IMG/VR virus record: IMGVR_UViG_3300043036_000015 | Span: 1 to 37,951 of that record | Reading direction: 5' to 3' (one strand) | DNA length: 37,951 bases | From: a virus | In this document: positions 1-7,414 of the stretch, piece by piece | Position numbering within the stretch: position 1 is the first letter of the stretch | Layout of the letters: each line of letters opens with the position of its first letter | The notes under the pieces: model-generated | What the model saw: the letters and a program-made list of their open reading frames with translations, nothing else | What the model was told of the DNA's origin: nothing | The model's database searches: none | Made by a program: the position numbers and the translations under genes

Positions 1-114
1 TACCTTCTCTACTACAGGCTCTGGAGTTTGTTCCACTGCGGGAGTCTCTTGTACCTGTTCTTCATCAATCGTATCCAAGTTTGGGTCAAACGATTCTTGC
101 TCAATAAGTGCCAT
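1..114 (-). CDS. Duplicate of the first 38 codons of the scaffolding-protein gene, created by the end overlap (partial)
   Basis: The ATG at 114 (minus) and the downstream codons are identical to 37938..37825. The ORF runs off the window start. Confidence 0.9.
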   Translation of the reverse strand, partial: MALIEQESFDPNLDTIDEEQVQETPAVEQTPEPVVEKV

Positions 115-127
115 ACTATTATTCTCC
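1..127. repeat. Terminal overlap, copy 1 (identical to 37825..37951)
   Basis: Read directly: bases 1-127 recur exactly at 37825-37951, so the unique unit is 37824 bp. This fits a circularly closed contig or a terminal redundancy. Confidence 0.97.
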
Positions 128-200
128 TGTCTCTCTTGAGATTATAGGACTATGAAATGTGAATACTGATTACTCAGTACTTACCCGTTAATGCGAAGTG

Positions 201-443
201 TTATTCTGGAACAGCGTAAGAGGCTTTCCTCTCTTGTGCCAGTTTCTCACTTCTCTTTCGTTCCCATGCGTCATACGCAGATGGAAAAGCACCAGAGATA
301 CCTTCCAACTTTGAACGAACCATAGAAACAATTCTCGTTGAGTTCTTACCACAGGCTCGACAAGCGAGTTCCCTGACGGTTTCATCAACTAATGCTTCGG
401 AGATGTGTCCATCTTCACAAACAAATTCAAACATACGGCGCAT
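201..443 (-). CDS. Small Cys-containing (zinc-ribbon-like) protein, unknown function
   Basis: 80-aa ORF. Its ATG overlaps the upstream stop by 1 nt (TAATG). It has C..H...CRAC spacing and sits between portal and scaffold. Confidence 0.6.
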   Translation of the reverse strand: MRRMFEFVCEDGHISEALVDETVRELACRACGKNSTRIVSMVRSKLEGISGAFPSAYDAWERKRSEKLAQERKASYAVPE

Positions 444-682
444 TACTGTACCTCCTGCTGTAATTGTTCATAAACCTCTTCACATGTCTTCTTGCGATTT
501 AAAATAAGATCCAGAATATCCAGTTGGCCCTGACGGTAAGATAAAGATTGTGCGTCTTTGACCGTGCGGATATTTTCTAGCTCTTGTCTTAACTTGGTAA
601 AGTCCTCAATCAAGAACGCCCACCCTTTGGTGGACATTGTTGAAAAAGTCTCCTCATAATACACTTGAAGTTCCTTATCCAT
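443..682 (-). CDS. Hypothetical structural-module protein
   Basis: 79-aa ORF directly downstream of the portal gene, with an SD-like AAGGAG upstream and tight coupling to the next gene. Confidence 0.6.
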   Translation of the reverse strand: MDKELQVYYEETFSTMSTKGWAFLIEDFTKLRQELENIRTVKDAQSLSYRQGQLDILDLILNRKKTCEEVYEQLQQEVQ

Positions 683-705
683 GAGGGGAAACTCCTTTCA
701 TTTGT

Positions 706-2691
706 TTATTGTGGTTGACGATTCTGCATCTGTGCGAGTGCAATACGCTCGTTAGAGTCAATATCCTTCTCTTTCAGCATCAAGTCAGCCAGTTTCATAC
801 GTTTAGCGAAATCAGCATCCTGATCAAGGTTCGTAGCAGCGGCTTGCACCACCTTTACACGCAACTCTTCAGGCATTAACTGAGTTTCCACCATTGTTTG
901 TTGTGCTTCAGCAGCAGCCTTCTGTGTCTGAGCCTGTAACAAGGCCAAATCAGCTTGCAACTTAGCCATAAGAGCTTCTTGTTGCATCTGAGCCTGTTGT
1001 TGAGCTTCAGGATTGGGCTGACTCATCTTATCCAAGGCAGCAATCAGTTCATTTCGGTTGCTCAAGGAGCTATTACCCAAGATTCCCTTCAGAATCAGAG
1101 GCAGAACTGGTGTGTCTGGACCTAATGTTTGCAACAAAGCAATGAATTGCTGCTGTTCAAACTCACGAGCCAAGATACCCAAGGTAGCTGTAGGCACGAA
1201 TTTCACATCAGCAGAGGGATAACGCTCAGGATCGAACTGCATATAGCGCCAAGCAGCCTTGTTGATGAACGGAATCAAGAAATCTTCTTGGAAGTTCGTC
1301 AAAGTACGCTTGTATTTCTTGATAATGCCTGCCATAGCCATCGACATACCACCTGCACCAGCGTCACGAGGAGCTGCTGAGGGCATACCTGCCGAGTCCA
1401 CAGTACCTGTAGCCTGCAATAACAGTCGTTCGTAGTTCTGGGAAGCACGTACGGATGATTCATCAGGTGTCCCGAAGCGCAAAGGCATCATAATCTGGTT
1501 AGGATCACCGTTGGTCAGGAACGATTTACCGGGCTTAACCTCAAACTTAGCGCCACGAGGCAATCGAGTAGCGTCCATAGCCATCATGGGAACGGCTGTA
1601 AGGGCACGGGCATCACTGTCCATACGCAAACTACCGTCAATGGCCTTCTGCATGTTGTAAGCCTTCTCTGCTGTACCACGACCCCACACACGTCCGGGGA
1701 CTGTATCGTCTTGATACAACATGACAGGACGATCCTTCATCATGTAGGGGTTAGCTTCAGCCTTCAGGAGCTTGCCGCCGTTAATAACAACAACAATAGC
1801 TTCCACCAACTCAGCGTAATCATCAGCTAAGGAGTCTTCAGGGAACAGGTCAGCAACCTCTTCTTCGTTCTCCAACTGCTCCAAGTACTCACGAGGAACC
1901 AAGCCGTAGTAAGTCAGTAAGCGAACCTTACCATCTTGGAAGGTAACTGATTCTTCGGTAACTTCTAAGTCATCATCAGGAGCATCTAAACCTAAGTCAA
2001 TCTTACGGTAGATACCCTTCTCCATGCCTTCAACGATCTTGTGTACCGATACGAACTTCTCGATGGCACAGCCCATAGAATCATCTAAGGAGGTAGCGTT
2101 GGGATCGATCAGGAAGTTCTTAGGGTTAACCGGGATAAGCTTAACGGAGATACGATCACGCTCGGACACACCAATAGCTGCTTGACCTTGGATACCGGGA
2201 ATAGCTTGAGTAGCAGGAGCATACTCTTTTTCGGTCTTGACAACGATCTCACCGATACCTGTACCGTAGATCTCAGCCATCAGTTCAATCTGATCAATGG
2301 CCTTCTTAATCTTGTCACGGTTAAAGTCTTCCATCAGTTGATTCTTGATCATCTCGACATCCAACGGATTACCGTTAACGTCCTTGATGTCGTCCTCAAT
2401 GTCAAACCACTCACCTTGACCAAAGATGGCTTCCATGATCTCAGCGTGTCGAGTCTCAATAGCCTGCTGAGTAGCAGGGGAGATGATACGGCTACGCTCT
2501 GAGTCACGAGTACGGTCTTCAGCGGCCCATTGACCACGGAAGATACGTTCGTACTCTTGCCACTCGGTCAGGTAGTTCTGGTCACGATAGTCGCGCCACT
2601 TGTCAGTGTGGGAGACAACCCAATCAGCCAGTTCTTTGTCCGACTCTGTGGGTTCGTCATACTGACTTGTTTCTAAGTTGTCTTCAGCCAT
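706..2691 (-). CDS. Portal (head-tail connector) protein
   Basis: 661-aa ORF between terminase and scaffold/capsid. Size and the Q/A-rich coiled-coil C-terminus are typical of podovirus portals. Confidence 0.8.
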   Translation of the reverse strand: MAEDNLETSQYDEPTESDKELADWVVSHTDKWRDYRDQNYLTEWQEYERIFRGQWAAEDRTRDSERSRIISPATQQAIETRHAEIMEAIFGQGEWFDIEDDIKDVNGNPLDVEMIKNQLMEDFNRDKIKKAIDQIELMAEIYGTGIGEIVVKTEKEYAPATQAIPGIQGQAAIGVSERDRISVKLIPVNPKNFLIDPNATSLDDSMGCAIEKFVSVHKIVEGMEKGIYRKIDLGLDAPDDDLEVTEESVTFQDGKVRLLTYYGLVPREYLEQLENEEEVADLFPEDSLADDYAELVEAIVVVINGGKLLKAEANPYMMKDRPVMLYQDDTVPGRVWGRGTAEKAYNMQKAIDGSLRMDSDARALTAVPMMAMDATRLPRGAKFEVKPGKSFLTNGDPNQIMMPLRFGTPDESSVRASQNYERLLLQATGTVDSAGMPSAAPRDAGAGGMSMAMAGIIKKYKRTLTNFQEDFLIPFINKAAWRYMQFDPERYPSADVKFVPTATLGILAREFEQQQFIALLQTLGPDTPVLPLILKGILGNSSLSNRNELIAALDKMSQPNPEAQQQAQMQQEALMAKLQADLALLQAQTQKAAAEAQQTMVETQLMPEELRVKVVQAAATNLDQDADFAKRMKLADLMLKEKDIDSNERIALAQMQNRQPQ

Positions 2692-2861
2692 TATTTAACT
2701 TTCTTAGTTTTCTTAGCAGGCTTCTTAGCAGTCTTTGCAGACTCAATGAAGTCCTCTTCTGTGGGAGCACCCTTAGCTCCGGGCTTCTTCATCTTCTCGC
2801 CAGAGCCTTCTTCAATGCGTTTACGCTTGGCGTTGATGTTTGCGTATAAACCTTGTTTCAT
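2691..2861 (-). CDS. Small lysine-rich protein (56 aa), unknown function
   Basis: Hand-translated because it is below the track cutoff: MKQGLYANINAKRKRIEEGSGEKMKKPGAKGAPTEEDF...KKTKKVK. Its stop overlaps the portal ATG (TAATG), and its ATG lies 2 nt after the terL stop. Confidence 0.6.
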   Translation of the reverse strand: MKQGLYANINAKRKRIEEGSGEKMKKPGAKGAPTEEDFIESAKTAKKPAKKTKKVK

Positions 2862-2863
2862 AG

Positions 2864-4123
2864 TTAGTACCCCGATATAGCGTCATAAACCTCAAAGTCA
2901 TCTTCCTCGTAATCGGGGACAAATGAGTTGAGGGCAAGTTGTTCAATGTAAGCTAAAGCATCCACCAAGTCATCATGTACTCCCTTGGTAGGGAACATCA
3001 AGAGCTGGTCTTCAAAGTCTGACCAATCCTCATCCTCGTTGAGAGTGACTTTGCCGTGCTCCATACGCCCTTGTAAGGCCCATATCACACGGTCAGTCTT
3101 CTTCTTATTTCCATGAGTCAAAGTCTGGATGTGAGCATAGGTGTTGTACTGACGCATCATGTCCTGCAAGATGGTCAAGGCAGCATTCTTAGCTGTACCT
3201 CTCTCAATACCGATAGCCAAGGGCTGATACTCTTTGATGACCTTAAGGATACGCATACAGGTATCTTTAATGTCCCAACGTCCATGCTCAATCTTGTCTA
3301 CCCACCAATCACCATTATCCGTTACCTTGACGATAGCGATAGCTGATTCATCTAGTCTCTTTTTGTTCTGGGAACCATCTGAGATGTCTTCAAAGCCTGC
3401 CAAGTCGATAGCGATAATGTATGAACCATCACGAGGCTCTGGACCTTTCTTGATCCAATGCTCTTTAAAGATGTCAGAACCTGAGGTATCGAAGCTAGAC
3501 AGGTATTCCTGCTTGAAAGCAAAGCTACTCAAGGTACGCTTGGCTGCTTCAATCTCTTTAGGGTCAATAGTCTCGTTATCAGCGGTAGTCTTGTGCCACG
3601 CCTTCCACTCTTCATCTGATCCGTCCTTGCCTAGCTTATAGACATCGTAGAACCAATTACGACCAGAAGGAGTAGAGATAAACAAAGCCCTACCTTTCTT
3701 GTCCGACAAAGCAGCACGGATAACCTTCTCCCAAATCTCCTGCTTAATGAAAGCACATTCGTCCAGTACCACGTACACAAGGGACACACCACGAAGACTA
3801 TCGGGGTTATCAGCACCTCGAACCAGAATCTTTCTTCCGTTGACAAGGGTAATCTCTAAGTTGTTAATGTGTGAAGACTTGATCACTGGCCTACCAAGGT
3901 CATGTAACAAGTCCCAGATAATAGTTCTAGCTTGTCCAAGGGTAGGTGCTATGTACATCACAGCAGAGCCTTCAGGACAGTTTAAAGCCTCTATAAGCAG
4001 CGTTACCGCAGACAGTCTAGACTTACCACAGCGGCGACCAGCAGCTACTACCTTGAATCGGGTAGAGTCTTTAAAGACCTCTTGCTGCCAGTTAAGTAAA
4101 GCGAAGTTTAACTCAGACATCAA
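2864..4123 (-). CDS. terL: Terminase large subunit
   Basis: 419 aa. Walker A-like AAGRRCGKS, Walker B-like VVLDECAF, and C-terminal nuclease-type motifs (AIDLAG, VHDDLVDALAY). Confidence 0.88.
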   Translation of the reverse strand: MMSELNFALLNWQQEVFKDSTRFKVVAAGRRCGKSRLSAVTLLIEALNCPEGSAVMYIAPTLGQARTIIWDLLHDLGRPVIKSSHINNLEITLVNGRKILVRGADNPDSLRGVSLVYVVLDECAFIKQEIWEKVIRAALSDKKGRALFISTPSGRNWFYDVYKLGKDGSDEEWKAWHKTTADNETIDPKEIEAAKRTLSSFAFKQEYLSSFDTSGSDIFKEHWIKKGPEPRDGSYIIAIDLAGFEDISDGSQNKKRLDESAIAIVKVTDNGDWWVDKIEHGRWDIKDTCMRILKVIKEYQPLAIGIERGTAKNAALTILQDMMRQYNTYAHIQTLTHGNKKKTDRVIWALQGRMEHGKVTLNEDEDWSDFEDQLLMFPTKGVHDDLVDALAYIEQLALNSFVPDYEEDDFEVYDAISGY

Positions 4124-4484
4124 TCACATCCTCATCGGTGCTTACAGAGGGCGTATTCAAGCCGGTAATGTTGATGGAGATGTTAGGTACACCACCACCC
4201 TGCTTTGCTGCCTCGAAGGACGACACAGGTACAATCCTATCGACAATTAGCTTCCATGCAGCAGCTTGGTTCTTATGTTCATCGTTCAGAGCTGCATCGT
4301 ATATAGCCTCTAAGACCTTAGCACTCTTAGGTGAGTTAAGCATACGTAGCTTATACTCATTGATGATAGCAGCCTCACCTTTGGGACGACCTACTGATCT
4401 ACTCTCTTTGATTTCTCTAAGCTCAGACTTCTTTGGACGACCAATCTTACGCTTAGGTTCATCCTGTTGTTCTTCATTTTCCAT
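4113..4484 (-). CDS. terS: Terminase small subunit (putative)
   Basis: 123 aa and the first gene of the minus arm. It overlaps terL by 11 nt. The basic N-terminus has GRPKK / GRPKG DNA-binding-like repeats. Confidence 0.6.
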   Translation of the reverse strand: MENEEQQDEPKRKIGRPKKSELREIKESRSVGRPKGEAAIINEYKLRMLNSPKSAKVLEAIYDAALNDEHKNQAAAWKLIVDRIVPVSSFEAAKQGGGVPNISINITGLNTPSVSTDEDVIDV

Positions 4485-4544
4485 TTGTCTTTATCCTTTC
4501 TTAGGGAGACAACCTATCTACTTTTAGACCAAATGCTTATGCAC

Positions 4545-4558
4545 TTAAAGTACTTTAA
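4545..4558. promoter_or_regulatory. Perfect 14-bp palindrome TTAAAGTACTTTAA in the leader of the structural operon
   Basis: Read directly. It lies between the late promoter (4722-4750) and the terS ATG (4484). Confidence 0.55.
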
Positions 4559-4585
4559 AGGAACGTATAAGTTAAGAACTTAAAC

Positions 4586-4613
4586 ACTTATAGTATAAGT
4601 ACTTAGTGTAAGT
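4586..4613. promoter_or_regulatory. Two adjacent ACTTA..TAAGT palindromes (ACTTATAgTATAAGT, ACTTAgtgTAAGT)
   Basis: Read directly. The same core recurs at 8131-8141 downstream of another promoter. Confidence 0.5.
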
Positions 4614-4721
4614 ATTCTGTTAGTATTTAACTTATACATTCGTTGTATCAACTGTCCAGATTCCATGTTAGAGCTTAAGAGTCCATCACCTTCTTAGCAA
4701 CTATCATTACCTTATATGTAT

Positions 4722-4750
4722 ATTATACCATACTTTCTTGGATTTGTCAA
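4722..4750 (-). promoter_or_regulatory. Consensus sigma70 promoter for the structural (minus) arm
   Basis: The minus strand reads TTGACA(4750-4745)-17 nt-TATAAT(4727-4722), with TGg immediately upstream of the -10 (extended -10). The ACATATAAG tail resembles the other promoters. Confidence 0.75.
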
Positions 4751-4983
4751 GCTTTTCCTTCATTTGTTACAATTATTTACATATGTTACTTCTTAGGCAC
4801 TCCCTCCGACGCTCCGCTGGTGTCCACTATCGTTACCCTTAGACAGCAAACACTATGGTTTGTCTAGTCCTTATACTTTTTCTTGTCTATCAACTACTTA
4901 GCGCTTTAAGTGACATGGGCTAATCTGTCCTTAGTTAACAGAGTTAACCAACTAATTAATTCCTTTATTACCTTTTTTGTGAG

Positions 4984-5000
4984 CGTTGCAGGCTCCTACA
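4984..5000. repeat. Left arm of a perfect 17-bp inverted repeat (CGTTGCAGGCTCCTACA)
   Basis: Its reverse complement TGTAGGAGCCTGCAACG occurs at 5254-5270. Confidence 0.9.
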
Positions 5001-5040
5001 AAGATAAACTCATAAGCCACACCCCTCCCCCCCTACTAAG

Positions 5041-5340
5041 CAGTCACAAAGTTACTGATCAGTCACTATCTGTACACAACGGTAGCTAACTGTACGCATC
5101 TGTCGTTAACTATACCGCACAGTTATGGTGCATAATGGTCAGTCACAATGTATACTGATGAGTCACGTTGTAGACTGTTAGTGTAAGTTATAGACTGTTG
5201 AGTCACGTTGCAGACTGTTGAGTTACTTTGCAGGCAGATGGTGTGAGAGATGATGTAGGAGCCTGCAACGTATACTTACCAGCCACAACGCTACACTTAA
5301 CAGTCACAATCTAAACTACTCAGTCACAATCCAGCCACTA
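5041..5340 (+). repeat. Iteron-like array with an AGTCAC core repeated at about 20-bp phasing
   Basis: AGTCAC starts at 5042, 5061, 5141, 5161, 5201, 5302 and 5322. Variants AGTTAC/AGCCAC start at 5050, 5221, 5281 and 5333. Five consecutive degenerate 20-bp units span 5141-5240, and 5161-5180 matches 5201-5220 at 18/20. Confidence 0.85.
5254..5270. repeat. Right arm of the 17-bp inverted repeat
   Basis: Exact reverse complement of 4984-5000, with 253 bp between the arms. Confidence 0.9.
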
Positions 5341-5357
5341 CATTCACAGCTTGGAAG

Positions 5358-5428
5358 TTATCCACAGGTTGTTAAAGCACTGCCGAGTTATCCACAGCAC
5401 AGCAACATCCATGCCAGAGTTATCCACA
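5358..5428 (+). promoter_or_regulatory. Three perfect DnaA boxes (TTATCCACA) in direct orientation
   Basis: AGTTATCCACAG occurs three times. The 9-mers are at 5358-5366, 5388-5396 and 5420-5428 and match the E. coli-type high-affinity DnaA box consensus. Confidence 0.8.
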
Positions 5429-5457
5429 GGTTATCAGTCTTATATAAGACCTGAGAC

Positions 5458-5488
5458 TGTGGACAAGTACCACTACTGGTGTGGACAA
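5458..5488 (-). promoter_or_regulatory. Two inverted DnaA-box-like sites (TTGTCCACA, 8/9 match)
   Basis: TGTGGACAA occurs at 5458-5466 and 5480-5488, facing the three direct boxes. Confidence 0.6.
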
Positions 5489-5562
5489 CATTTGCCAAGG
5501 GGTAGGGTAGGGCAAGGGTAGATCGCGCCTCTACGGGCCTTTAAATCGATTTGATCGAAAGA

Positions 5563-5580
5563 TGTAACAAAGTGTAACAA
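5563..5580 (+). promoter_or_regulatory. Direct repeat TGTAACAA-N2-TGTAACAA upstream of the early promoter
   Basis: Read directly. It ends 15 bp upstream of the -35. A near-identical TGTTACAA pair sits upstream of the 8054 promoter. Confidence 0.45.
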
Positions 5581-5595
5581 ACAGGCTCAAAGGTG

Positions 5596-5623
5596 TTGAC
5601 ATTCACATCTGACGTGGTACACT
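5596..5623 (+). promoter_or_regulatory. Early sigma70 promoter
   Basis: TTGACA(5596-5601)-16 nt-TACACT(5618-5623) with an upstream TGg. It lies about 50 nt upstream of the first plus-arm gene. Confidence 0.7.
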
Positions 5624-5671
5624 ACATTCATGGAGTCGGGAAAGGCCTGACACCACAACTAAGGAACCATC

Positions 5672-5893
5672 ATGAAATTCACTCAATCATTTGACATTTG
5701 GGCTGTACCCTCTGCACTGCTCAAGCATGTGCAGCCGGGTCAATGGGTCTATGCTGGCACTAAGGACAATAAGGGCAGGTTCCTTGGCGTCAAGAAGTCA
5801 GGAACCATTGTCGTGGCTTGGCACGGTAACACCAAAGCACGGGCTGATAAGGCCTCTTACATCAAAACATTGCGTGCATACGCTAAAGGTTAA
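5672..5893 (+). CDS. Early protein, basic, unknown function
   Basis: 73-aa ORF with an AAGGA SD 7 nt upstream. It is the first gene after the promoter. Confidence 0.65.
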   Translation: MKFTQSFDIWAVPSALLKHVQPGQWVYAGTKDNKGRFLGVKKSGTIVVAWHGNTKARADKASYIKTLRAYAKG

Positions 5894-5896
5894 ACC

Positions 5897-5986
5897 ATGA
5901 AACATGATATTCAGGAAATCATCATTACAATCGCCTGTCTCGCTGTCTTTGCCCTTTGGGGTGTTTTGTTGGCCTTGGGAGTCTGA
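5897..5986 (+). CDS. Small hydrophobic peptide (29 aa, one predicted TM segment)
   Basis: Hand-translated: MKHDIQEIIITIACLAVFALWGVLLALGV. It fills the gap between neighbouring genes exactly. Confidence 0.4.
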   Translation: MKHDIQEIIITIACLAVFALWGVLLALGV

Positions 5987-5988
5987 CC

Positions 5989-6159
5989 ATGAATCACATC
6001 TCTAGATCATTGCACAAAACAGCTTCATGGGTGATTGTGAACAAAGCCACCAATTACCCTGTGTTTGAGACTTTCAACGAAAACACAGCAAAGGCTGTCA
6101 ATCAAAGGCTTTATAAGGCTGTACCCATCTTGGAATGGTTGCAGAGTCTAAACAAATGA
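5989..6159 (+). CDS. Early protein, unknown function (56 aa)
   Basis: I prefer the internal ATG of track ORF 5956..6159 because it sits 2 nt after the upstream stop. Confidence 0.55.
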   Translation: MNHISRSLHKTASWVIVNKATNYPVFETFNENTAKAVNQRLYKAVPILEWLQSLNK

Positions 6160-6258
6160 TTGCAGCCTGATGGGTTCTTATGCTAGAATCCATTGGAGTG
6201 CAATCCTACCGCACTAAATCCCGCCTGTGATGTACAGGTAACAACTGAGATTTACACC

Positions 6259-6582
6259 ATGAAAACTACTGTTGATTTTAACGATTTCCGTCACGCCTTC
6301 AACGCTATTCGCCCTGACAACTTTAGCCGTGAAGGTCTTGAACAGTTGTTCGATTACTTCGCGTCTTACGAACAGGACACAGGCGAAGAAATCGAGTTGG
6401 ACGTGATCGCCATTTGCTGCGAGTATAGCGAACAATCATGGCAATCTATTGCCTCTGATTATGATGTTGACGTTGATGGCTTGGATGATACCGAAGCAAA
6501 GCAACACGTTATGAACTATTTGTGTGATAACACCTCGGTCATTGGTGAGACTTCCGATGGTTTCGTCTATCAGTGCTTTTAA
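6259..6582 (+). CDS. Acidic early protein, unknown function
   Basis: Track ORF 6193..6582. I prefer the ATG at 6259 (MKTTVDFNDF...). The protein is rich in D/E. Confidence 0.6.
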   Translation: MKTTVDFNDFRHAFNAIRPDNFSREGLEQLFDYFASYEQDTGEEIELDVIAICCEYSEQSWQSIASDYDVDVDGLDDTEAKQHVMNYLCDNTSVIGETSDGFVYQCF

Positions 6583-6592
6583 GGGGTTAACC

Positions 6593-6928
6593 ATGTACGA
6601 AACTATTCACACAGATACAGCCGCAGGTTTTGACATTGTTTTTAGTGTCACCCATGAAGACTTTGCGCCTGATTGGGATTTTGAGAATGAAGAAGACACA
6701 CAGGACACTTTGCGTCGCATCGAGAATGGCGACTTAGTTTGGTTTGTCGCACGGGTACAGGCCTTTAAAAATGGGGTTCTTTTGGGCACTGACTATCTTG
6801 GTGGATGTTGTTATGATTCATATATGCAATTTGTGGAGGCTTCGGACTACTATGCGGATATGATGGAGAACGCAGTAAGCGAAGCCCGTCAAACAATCGC
6901 CAAATTAACCGAAGAGGTGACAGCATGA
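6593..6928 (+). CDS. Acidic early protein, unknown function
   Basis: Track ORF 6524..6928. I prefer the ATG at 6593 (MYETIHTD...), which has an AAGGGG SD. Confidence 0.6.
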   Translation: MYETIHTDTAAGFDIVFSVTHEDFAPDWDFENEEDTQDTLRRIENGDLVWFVARVQAFKNGVLLGTDYLGGCCYDSYMQFVEASDYYADMMENAVSEARQTIAKLTEEVTA

Positions 6929-7116
6929 CCAACACCCCAATGGCCTCAAATGGCCTTATAACGTACCGTTACCGGGGCCGCTATGGTTTCATATACATTG
7001 GTGCAAGAACTGACACCGAGGCATTGTCAGAGGCGCAGCGCAGCACTGACGATAAAGTCACGGCTGACAGACTTGAACGTCACAACGGTCAACGCTTTGT
7101 AGGGGTCTTATCATGA
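6925..7116 (+). CDS. Early protein, unknown function
   Basis: 63-aa ORF with an ATGA overlap to the upstream gene. Confidence 0.55.
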   Translation: MTNTPMASNGLITYRYRGRYGFIYIGARTDTEALSEAQRSTDDKVTADRLERHNGQRFVGVLS

Positions 7117-7316
7117 GTAGATACGAAGTCCAATTCAAAACCAGCGGCATTGTGGCCTTCAGTGCCACAGAACGGGCCATCTGTCAGCATTGGTACGAGT
7201 GCAACAACTACGGGCCAGAGATGGCCTATTGTGACCCCGCAACGGGTGAGATTGTCCCTGACAAGTGGGTCAGGGGTGAATGTCTTGAATTGTTCATAAT
7301 TAAGAGGGTGAAATGA
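7113..7316 (+). CDS. Early protein, unknown function
   Basis: 67-aa ORF with an ATGA overlap to the upstream gene. Confidence 0.55.
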   Translation: MSRYEVQFKTSGIVAFSATERAICQHWYECNNYGPEMAYCDPATGEIVPDKWVRGECLELFIIKRVK

Positions 7317-7414
7317 TGTATACTTGGCCCTTCCCTGCCTTCCCTAATCCATTGGACAAGGGCACAAAAGTGCCTAAATTTAACCCTTCAAACCATGAGG
7401 ATGCGCCATTGTGA
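7313..7414 (+). CDS. Small early peptide (33 aa)
   Basis: Hand-translated: MMYTWPFPAFPNPLDKGTKVPKFNPSNHEDAPL. It has an ATGA overlap upstream, a GTGA overlap downstream and a GAGGGTG SD. Confidence 0.4.
   Translation: MMYTWPFPAFPNPLDKGTKVPKFNPSNHEDAPL

Noticed and set aside
140-175. Internal promoter upstream of the scaffold gene (minus-strand TATAAT at 149-144)
   Set aside because: There is no acceptable -35 at 16-18 nt and no TG extension. A single hexamer match in AT-rich sequence is expected by chance.
5041-5340. Possible mini-CRISPR array
   Set aside because: The repeat unit is only about 20 bp with no unique spacers of CRISPR length between copies. The repeats are degenerate and contiguous, and there are no cas genes.
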